A stretch of 31,154 nt of DNA, taken from the NCBI GenBank assembly GCA_041742355.1, contig JBGSIV010000256.1, positions 1 to 31,154 on the forward strand. Reading direction: 5' to 3'. The stretch is from Candidatus Zixiibacteriota bacterium. Lineage in GTDB: Bacteria; Zixibacteria; MSB-5A5; GN15; FEB-12. The number at the start of each line of letters is the position of its first letter. The stretch's first letter is position 1. The notes below the pieces were generated by a model. The model was not told where the DNA came from, searched no databases, and was given only the letters and a program-made list of their open reading frames with translations. The position numbers were made by a program, and so were the translations under genes. This document shows, piece after piece, positions 8,861-15,801 of the stretch.

Positions 8861-9930
8861 CGGATTCGCCGCTTCGCATACTGGTGCTGGCCGATGCTCG
8901 GTCGTTCCACACGGAGCGGTTTGTGGCGGAGGTGCGCAATCAGGGTTGCGAAGTAATGGCGGGATCGCTCGAACCGGGGGAAATGGAGTGCCGCCGGTTG
9001 CGTCGGCGGGGTCCGATCAGTTCGATTGCGTATGCACTGGCGCGGCGGGAAGTGGAGGACCTGATCAGATCGTTTCGGCCCGATGTCATCAGTGCGCATT
9101 ACGCGGCCGGGTACGGCTACCTGATGAGCAGGGTGAAGCACGATGGGATCCCGGCGACACTGCATGTGTGGGGATCGGATGTGCTGGTCGTGCCGAAGAA
9201 GTCGTGGCTGCACAGGCGCAAGGTGGTGGCAGGACTGAGTGCGGCCGATCACATCTTTGCCGATTCGCAGTATCTGGCCGACGCGGTGCGGTCGCTGGTT
9301 CCAACAGAAGCGCTGAGCGTGTCTCCATGGGGGATCGAGCGGCGGCACCTCTTCCTGCACAAGCGCGACTATGCGCCGCGGCGGCCGCTCGCAGTGATCG
9401 TGCCGCGTCTGCACGAACCGATCTACGACAATCTCTTCATAGTTGAAGCGCTGCAGGAAGAGATCCGGGCCGAGCGGATTCGGATCACGTTTCCCGCTTT
9501 TGGATCGAAATTCCGCGACTTTCGGGCGAGAGCGGATGCACTGACCGGCGGGCGTGTGCGGTACTACGAGAAATTGCCCCGACCGGAGTTCCTCACGTTT
9601 ATGGCGACGCACGATGTCTACCTCTCGGCGGCGCAGTCGGATTCCTCGCCGGTAACCCTGATCGAGGCGATGGCGCTCGGGTTGATTCCGGTCGCGGCAG
9701 ACATACCCGGGGTGCGGGAGTGGCTGACGCCGGAGAGCGGGTTGGCCTATCGACCGAAGGACGCTGTCGGGCTCCGGGCGGTCGTGCACAGGCTGACGGA
9801 TTCTGACGAGCCATATGAGGGGATGCGGCGGGCCAACCTCGGGCGGGTGGAAGCGCTGGCGGTGTTCGAAGATAATGTTGCTTCGCAACTGGCGGTTATG
9901 CGTACGTTACACCAGAGGGTCGCCCGATGA
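8857..9930 (+). CDS. Glycosyltransferase family 4 (GT-B)
   Basis: Start re-called at GTG 8857 (GTGA overlap; MTDSPLRILVLAD). FRPDVISAHY, HVWGSDV, SDSSPVTLIEAMALGLIPVAADIPG. Confidence 0.88.
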   Translation: MTDSPLRILVLADARSFHTERFVAEVRNQGCEVMAGSLEPGEMECRRLRRRGPISSIAYALARREVEDLIRSFRPDVISAHYAAGYGYLMSRVKHDGIPATLHVWGSDVLVVPKKSWLHRRKVVAGLSAADHIFADSQYLADAVRSLVPTEALSVSPWGIERRHLFLHKRDYAPRRPLAVIVPRLHEPIYDNLFIVEALQEEIRAERIRITFPAFGSKFRDFRARADALTGGRVRYYEKLPRPEFLTFMATHDVYLSAAQSDSSPVTLIEAMALGLIPVAADIPGVREWLTPESGLAYRPKDAVGLRAVVHRLTDSDEPYEGMRRANLGRVEALAVFEDNVASQLAVMRTLHQRVAR

Positions 9931-11180
9931 AGAGAGTACTGCTGGTTTGCTACTATTTCCCGCCACTGGGCGGAGCGGGTGTAACGCGTCCGCTGGCGTT
10001 ATTTCGCCACTTGCCGGAGTTCGGCTACGAGTGCCACGTGCTCACCGTTAAGCCGGTGGCCTACCGATCATTTGAGCCGGATCTGTTGGAGGGATTGCCG
10101 GTTGACCGTATCTACCGCTCCGGATCATCCGATCCCCAGCGGTTGATGTACCTGCTCGGGGTTCGCCTGGTGAAGGATCGGACAATCAGGGGGACACGGA
10201 CGATTTCCGATCGGTACTTCCCCGATCCGAAGATCGGCTGGGTACGTCGGGCAGTAGCCCTGGGGCGCACGCTTCTATCGAATCGGGATTACGATGCGAT
10301 TATTTCGACCTCGCCGCCGATTTCGGCGCACCTCGCGGCGCGCAAACTCAGCCGGGAGTTCGGGCGGCCGTGGATTGCGGACTTCCGTGACTTCTGGGGG
10401 ATTCAGCCGCCGGAACGGGTGTTCGCGGACCATCCCTCGCGGCTGCGACGGGCGCGCAAGCTCCTCGAAGCGATCCAGGCCGAAGCGACCGACCTCACTG
10501 CAGTCAATCCGACGATCGGAGGGTATGTCGGCGCCCCCCACGTCGTATACAACTGCTATGATGATATTCTGGCGCAAGGGTGGCGGATTCCGACGGACTC
10601 CCGTTTCATTATTGGCGTGCTCGGGGCGATCAACGACACGACGCCCATTGCTCCGCTTCTGCGAGTGCTGGATCAGCTTCGACGGGAGCGGCCGGATCTC
10701 TTCGCCCGGATAATGGTGCGGCAGGTCGGGGAGGCGGATCCCGCGTGGTTGAACGAGCAGCTCGAATCGTACCGCCTGCACGATCGGTTCGAGTTGTACG
10801 GGTGGCAATCGCGGCGGGAGACGGTGAATCTGCTTTCGGAAACATCGCTCATGTACCTCGGAGTCGGATCGGAGCATGACCGGGGGTTGTCGACCGGACG
10901 GGTCTACACGATGTTGTCGTCGGGCCGCCCGGTGCTCGCGTACGCGCCGCCGGATTCCGAGCTGCGGCGCCTGATCGAGTCGACGGGAGGCGGATTCACG
11001 TTCTACGAACCGGTGCTCGATCCGGCGGTCGCACATCTGGCCGGGCTGGTGGAGGCGCACGGCCGCGGTCAGGCGGCGGTGATGCCGCGCCCGGCGTACG
11101 CCGAACCCTACGGTTCGCGGAAGATGGCCGAGCAGTTCGCGGCTATTCTCGGCCGCTACGCCGCACCGGCGTACCGGTAG
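9927..11180 (+). CDS. Glycosyltransferase family 4 (YYFPP..GG / WIADFRD subtype)
   Basis: MKRVLLVCYYFPPLGGAG, PDPKIGW, DAIISTSPP, PWIADFRD, SGRPVLA. ATGA overlap with the upstream gene. Confidence 0.85.
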   Translation: MKRVLLVCYYFPPLGGAGVTRPLALFRHLPEFGYECHVLTVKPVAYRSFEPDLLEGLPVDRIYRSGSSDPQRLMYLLGVRLVKDRTIRGTRTISDRYFPDPKIGWVRRAVALGRTLLSNRDYDAIISTSPPISAHLAARKLSREFGRPWIADFRDFWGIQPPERVFADHPSRLRRARKLLEAIQAEATDLTAVNPTIGGYVGAPHVVYNCYDDILAQGWRIPTDSRFIIGVLGAINDTTPIAPLLRVLDQLRRERPDLFARIMVRQVGEADPAWLNEQLESYRLHDRFELYGWQSRRETVNLLSETSLMYLGVGSEHDRGLSTGRVYTMLSSGRPVLAYAPPDSELRRLIESTGGGFTFYEPVLDPAVAHLAGLVEAHGRGQAAVMPRPAYAEPYGSRKMAEQFAAILGRYAAPAYR

Positions 11181-11185
11181 TCGGG

Positions 11186-13471
11186 CTAGTGCAGGAGGAC
11201 CATCTTGCGCGTCTCCACGAAATCCTCACTGGACATTCGGTACAGGTAGACCCCGGAAGCGGCCGCAGTGCCGTGATTGCTGCGGCTGTCCCAGGTAACG
11301 ATGTGGCTGCCGGCGGAGAAGATTCGATCAGCCAGCGTGCGCACCTGCCGACCGGCGATGTCATAGATCTCGATGACGACGCGGGCCCGGCGCGGCAGGT
11401 CAAAGGTGATAGCTGTGGAGGGGTTGAACGGGTTGGGGAAATTCTGATTGAGCGTGAACCGGGAGGGGAGCGTGCCGTCATCCGGGTCATCGGTGTCGGT
11501 CGCGAGGCTGGGTGTGTAGGTAGTGCGCCCGATGTTGTGGCCGGTGGTGGCGGCGGCAATAGTATAGGTGCGGCCGAAGGAGAAGTCGTAGCGGAGGGGT
11601 GCACGGCCGGTGTTGTCGGTTACGGCAGCGGCGACGCGGCCGGAGTCGGTGGAAACGATGACGGTGCAGTTGGAGATGAATCCACGGCTGTCGCGGATGA
11701 CGGCGACCGGGTGTTCGGGCGTCAGGTCTATCGATATCAACATGCTGTCCGGGATGCCGGTATAGATGCGAAGGCTGGGGTCGCCATAGAAGTTCTGGCC
11801 GTAGGCGAGATCCTTGTAGTACGGGAACGCCAGTTTGGAGCGGGCCATGGCATGGGCCGCCGGGCGATCGGGGTGGGCGAAGAGGGTATCGAAGAAGGCG
11901 CGCTGCAGGTAGTGGCTCATGCCGACCCAGCCCCAGCGAGAGTAGGCGACAAAGGCCACCGCGCCGGAGTGCGGCTGGGCCAGGGCAGAGGCGACGAGAT
12001 TCGGGTTGGTGTAGACAAACGGCGGGGCGTCCTGATCGAAGCCGCCGTTGTCGCAGGCGAGGGAGTAGTACAGGCCAACACGGTCGTTCGGCGCAAGCGA
12101 GTCGAGCGGGGCATTGGTGCCGGTCGGGGGTTCGGTAATGATGTATGACTTGGGCCACTCGTTGTAGGCGGCGGTGCGCACGCCAAAAGCGTCGGGGCGG
12201 CCGTGGGCAAGAATGTTGACGATCCCGTAGCCCTCCGAGAGCATCCCGATCATGTCGGCCGCGCTGCCGTTGGTGGGAGCGGGGTTGTCCCCCGAGGGGG
12301 CTTCGACGCCGTTTATGGTGTCGAGTTCGAAGGTGGGAGGGTAGGCGCCGGCGATGAGCGCGTGCTGGCCGCCGCGATAGTCGCGCATTTCATCGGAGCA
12401 GAAAAAGAACGCACGGTTGAGGTAGGCGCGATCGATGCCTTCGAGCGTTTCGTAGGCGATGAGCTTCTCGGTATAGGCGGACAACTGAGCGGCGGTGTGG
12501 AACGGGAGACGGCCGACCAGTAGTTCAGGAACCCAGTCGGCGCGGTCGGTGTATGGCTCGCCCCAGACGCCGTCATTGTCGACATCCCAGTCGCCCGTCA
12601 GGTCGGCGAAGTAGAGGTCACATAACTGCAGGTCATGCAGGTCGGGTTGGGTGGTGGCGGTGGCGGCGTAGGCGTAGCGGATGGGCAGTACGGTTTCGTC
12701 GCCGACCAGGAGAACATACTGCCCGCCATCGCCGTGGAAGCCCGTGAGATACTCGCGCAGCCGCTCGGCGTCGTCCCGGCCCGAATGGGCGGCGAGTATC
12801 GAAGCGATATCGACTACCGCGGCGGTGATTCCGATCGAGGTCTTGTACGCGGCGAGGCGCTGGGCTTCGGCGGCGAGGGCAGCGCTGGTGATGATGACGT
12901 AGTCCGGTGCGGCATCCGCACTCAGGCAGCGGGCTGGAAGCCGGTCGTTCCCAAGGTCGACGGCCGAGGGCGGCAGCAAGTCGCTTCCGGCCAGCGGTGA
13001 GTCGCCACGGTTGAGAGTCACGGTTTCGTGGAAGCGGAGTATCCCGGTGGAGTCGGTCGTGACCGGGAAGAGGATTATTCGGGCGTAGCGGCCACCCGGC
13101 GTTTCGATCAAGTCGATGGAGATGGGGGTGCGGCCGGGGAGGGCGTCGCGAAGCGGCGCCGCCGGCAGAGCGTGTTTGGGATCGAGCGCGGTCGGTTGAT
13201 CGTTGATAATGTCGGTCTCTAATTTGACCAGAGCCACACTCGGGGCGAGGTCGAACCGAATGGCCGACGGATCTTCCTCGGCGGACAGGGGGACATACGT
13301 CAGCAGGACCGGCAGGGAGAGACGGGCGGAGATGGCCGTTTCGCCGCACCCATCAAGACGCACAGAGTAGACGCCGTTCTCATTCGCTACCCGGGGTATA
13401 CCGAATCGGACGGTTGCCGCATCGGATCGGGTACACAGCACAGCCAGGACAATCAGGATCAGCCGGTTCAT
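11186..13471 (-). CDS. Gingipain-family (C25) cysteine peptidase with propeptide, Ig-like domain and FlgD-Ig/T9SS CTD
   Basis: Signal peptide, DYVIIT, YVLLVGD, CDLYFADLTGDWD, VGRLP, catalytic His in ILAHG and Cys in SLACDNG, NFYGDPSL, CTD LNQNFPNPFNPST...WD...SGVYLYRM...KMVLL. SD GGGAG. Confidence 0.9.
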   Translation of the reverse strand: MNRLILIVLAVLCTRSDAATVRFGIPRVANENGVYSVRLDGCGETAISARLSLPVLLTYVPLSAEEDPSAIRFDLAPSVALVKLETDIINDQPTALDPKHALPAAPLRDALPGRTPISIDLIETPGGRYARIILFPVTTDSTGILRFHETVTLNRGDSPLAGSDLLPPSAVDLGNDRLPARCLSADAAPDYVIITSAALAAEAQRLAAYKTSIGITAAVVDIASILAAHSGRDDAERLREYLTGFHGDGGQYVLLVGDETVLPIRYAYAATATTQPDLHDLQLCDLYFADLTGDWDVDNDGVWGEPYTDRADWVPELLVGRLPFHTAAQLSAYTEKLIAYETLEGIDRAYLNRAFFFCSDEMRDYRGGQHALIAGAYPPTFELDTINGVEAPSGDNPAPTNGSAADMIGMLSEGYGIVNILAHGRPDAFGVRTAAYNEWPKSYIITEPPTGTNAPLDSLAPNDRVGLYYSLACDNGGFDQDAPPFVYTNPNLVASALAQPHSGAVAFVAYSRWGWVGMSHYLQRAFFDTLFAHPDRPAAHAMARSKLAFPYYKDLAYGQNFYGDPSLRIYTGIPDSMLISIDLTPEHPVAVIRDSRGFISNCTVIVSTDSGRVAAAVTDNTGRAPLRYDFSFGRTYTIAAATTGHNIGRTTYTPSLATDTDDPDDGTLPSRFTLNQNFPNPFNPSTAITFDLPRRARVVIEIYDIAGRQVRTLADRIFSAGSHIVTWDSRSNHGTAAASGVYLYRMSSEDFVETRKMVLLH

Positions 13472-13514
13472 TCTTACTTACTCCCTGTTTCAGCTTGAAT
13501 CCCCCGCTACAAAG

Positions 13515-13531
13515 TGCAAGGCCGGGGCCGG
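13515..13531 (-). promoter_or_regulatory. Candidate sigma54 (-24/-12) promoter for the C25 gene
   Basis: Minus strand CCGGCCCCGGCCTTGCA has GG-N10-GC spacing and TTGCA, 10/13 matches to YTGGCACGNNNNTTGCW, about 45 nt upstream of the ATG. Confidence 0.3.
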
Positions 13532-13824
13532 TTACCTGAAATGGGCCTGCATGAGTAAGATCCTCAGGCCGTTTGGGATGGGCGGGGGAGGAAGGATCTC
13601 GGCGGAGGGAGGGGCAGGTATAGAGGGGGCAACTGGAGATCAGGCCCCACACATCGTGGGGGGAGGTTCGTTTCCCACAACATGTCGTCGATGGAATTCT
13701 TTTCCCGGGGATGGATCTTGGGTCCCATGGGGTTCTCGTTATGCAAAAAGTTGAGTCTTGCTTAGCGATTGGCAGGAGTGAACTTAGGACCACTCTTTTT
13801 GTGGGGAAGGTTTCCAAAAAACTC

Positions 13825-13854
13825 TTGACTTGGTGGGAAAAAATGTGATATATG
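13825..13854 (+). promoter_or_regulatory. Candidate sigma70 promoter of the dcw cluster
   Basis: TTGACT (13825-13830) followed after 18 bp by TG-n-TATATG (TATATG at 13849-13854), in an AT-rich patch. Confidence 0.55.
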
Positions 13855-13863
13855 GATACGTTC

Positions 13864-13890
13864 TTGGGTGAAAGTGGAGAAAAGTGGAGG
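13864..13890 (+). promoter_or_regulatory. MraZ-binding direct repeats (dcw boxes)
   Basis: TGG cores at 13865, 13875 and 13885 (10-nt period): TTGGGTG, AAAGTGGAGA, AAAGTGGAGG. Matches known MraZ GTGG repeat boxes. Confidence 0.75.
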
Positions 13891-13899
13891 AATCGCCTG

Positions 13900-14376
13900 G
13901 TGAGTGGCTTTATTGGCCAGTTTCCGACCACGCTGGATGACAAAGGGCGCTTTGCCCTGCCGGCCAAGCTGCGCAATGTAGCGGGGCCATCCGGCAAGCC
14001 GATTCTGGAAGGCACGATTGTGCTGACGAAGGGCCTGGAAGGGTGCCTGAGTCTGTATCCGGAAGCGGAGTGGGCGGAGATCCAGAAGCGTCTATCCTCG
14101 CAGAATTTTACCCATGCAGATTTCCGGTACTTCAGCCGCCGATTCTATTCGATGGCGGCAGCCGTGTCACCGGACCGCAGCGGTCGGATTCTGATCCCGG
14201 CGAATTTGATCGCCGAGGCGGAATTGAAGAAGGATCTGCTGCTGATCGGTGTCAACCGGATGATCGAGATTTGGAGCCCGGCGCTCTATGACAAGTATGT
14301 CCATGAGTATCCGGGCAGTTTCGAAGATGTAGCCGAGCGACTTTACTCCGGTCCCGGTAACGATGGGCAGCAGTGA
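13900..14376 (+). CDS. mraZ: Division/cell wall cluster transcriptional repressor MraZ
   Basis: Start re-called at GTG 13900 (SD GGAGG 13886-13890; MSGFIGQF). Two SpoVT/AbrB repeats LDDKGRFALP and PDRSGRILIP, GLEGCL, IEIW. Confidence 0.95.
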   Translation: MSGFIGQFPTTLDDKGRFALPAKLRNVAGPSGKPILEGTIVLTKGLEGCLSLYPEAEWAEIQKRLSSQNFTHADFRYFSRRFYSMAAAVSPDRSGRILIPANLIAEAELKKDLLLIGVNRMIEIWSPALYDKYVHEYPGSFEDVAERLYSGPGNDGQQ

Positions 14377-15307
14377 TCGCAGCCACGTGCCGGTTCTCGT
14401 TGAGGAGGTCGTCCGGATGCTGGCGACGCGTCCCAACGGGGCGTATCTCGATCTGACGGTCGGCGGCGGGGGACACCTGAAGGCTCTGAGTGGCCGGCTG
14501 GACGCCGAGGCCCGCTTCTATGGGATCGATCGGGATCCCGAGGCCGCGACCACAGCCCGCACCAACCTCGCCGAGTTGCCACAGCACGTCACGATCGTCA
14601 ACGCTTCTTATGTGGAGGCGGAGGCGGTCGCCGCCGGTTTTGGCGACGCGCTCTTTGACGGCATACTGATCGACCTGGGTTTATCGAGCCTGCAGCTCGA
14701 TGATCCCGGCCGGGGATTTACGTACCGCTTCGATGGTCCTTTGGATATGCGGTTCGATCCGCGGTCGGAAGGTCCGACTGCGGCGGATCTGGTCAATTCG
14801 CTGGAAGAGAAAGAACTGATAGATCTCCTCCGCACCTACGGAGAGGAGAGCCGGGCCAGGCGGCTGGCCGAGGCGATAGTCAGGGAGAGACGAGCGAGGA
14901 TGGTTCTCACCACGCGGCAGCTTGCGGACATTGTCGAACGGGTCGTGCCTCAGCGTGATATCAACAAGACGCTCGCGCGCGTCTTCCAGGCGCTGCGAAT
15001 AGCGGTCAACGGCGAGCTGCAGGCGCTTGAAGCGGCGTTGCCGCCGCTAATAAATCTGCTTTCCGCGGGCGGGCGTCTCGCGGTCATCTCCTACCACTCC
15101 CTCGAGGACCGTCTGGTCAAGAGGCTTTTCCAGTTCGAAGCGAAGGGCTGTATCTGCCCGCCCGAGAGTCCCATCTGCAATTGTGGGCATATCCCCCGGC
15201 TGCGCGTGGTGACGCGCCGTCCGGTCGTGCCGACGCCCGAGGAGATCAGGTTCAACTCGCGGGCGCGGTCGGCGAAGCTTCGTGTTGCGGAGAGGTTGGG
15301 AGCATGA
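14363..15307 (+). CDS. rsmH: 16S rRNA m4C1402 methyltransferase
   Basis: HVPVLVEE, DLTVGGGGH, DLGLSSLQLD..RGF, PLDMRFD, FQALRIAVN, ISYHSLEDR, RSAKLR. Confidence 0.97.
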   Translation: MGSSDRSHVPVLVEEVVRMLATRPNGAYLDLTVGGGGHLKALSGRLDAEARFYGIDRDPEAATTARTNLAELPQHVTIVNASYVEAEAVAAGFGDALFDGILIDLGLSSLQLDDPGRGFTYRFDGPLDMRFDPRSEGPTAADLVNSLEEKELIDLLRTYGEESRARRLAEAIVRERRARMVLTTRQLADIVERVVPQRDINKTLARVFQALRIAVNGELQALEAALPPLINLLSAGGRLAVISYHSLEDRLVKRLFQFEAKGCICPPESPICNCGHIPRLRVVTRRPVVPTPEEIRFNSRARSAKLRVAERLGA

Positions 15308-15801
15308 AGAAAACGATACGGAACTTCAAGGAAACCGTCGAAATACAGTCCTCGTTCTTCGTCCGGTTGCGCACTAACCGCTACCTGCCGGTGGGGATGC
15401 TGTGCGCGGGGGTTCTGACCGCGGCGTGTATTCACATCTGGCAGCGGGTGCATGTGCTCCACCTCGTGCAGGAGGTCGGCGTTCTCCGGCAGGAGAACTA
15501 CGTGCTGGCCGACGATGTCCGCAAGGTGTACTCGGAGACCTCGGCGATGGCGATGTCATCGCGGATCCGGACTTTTGCCGCGGACTCGCTCGGGCTGCAG
15601 ATGGTGGCGGCGGATTACATGTTCACGCTCGTGCCGCGCGACAAGGAGACGCAGGTCGAAACGCAGGATATCAACAAGGTGCTTGCATCGGCAGCCGCTC
15701 GCCTCTGGGAGTATGTGCCGCGCGTGTCGCAGACCGAGGCGACTGCGGGGGAACTGCGCAACCCGGCCATCGATTCTCTGGCCAACGGGGGGGATGACTG
15801 A
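15304..15801 (+). CDS. ftsL: Cell division protein FtsL-like
   Basis: Start ATG 15304 (ATGA overlap). Lies between rsmH and ftsI; basic N-terminus, one TM, heptad coiled coil, SSRIRTFAADSLGL motif. Confidence 0.7.
   Translation: MKKTIRNFKETVEIQSSFFVRLRTNRYLPVGMLCAGVLTAACIHIWQRVHVLHLVQEVGVLRQENYVLADDVRKVYSETSAMAMSSRIRTFAADSLGLQMVAADYMFTLVPRDKETQVETQDINKVLASAAARLWEYVPRVSQTEATAGELRNPAIDSLANGGDD

Noticed and set aside
13575..13665. G-rich tract (possible G-quadruplex) and small hairpins in the divergent intergenic region; possible riboswitch
   Set aside because: Irregular G-runs, short stems and no recognisable aptamer consensus on either strand.
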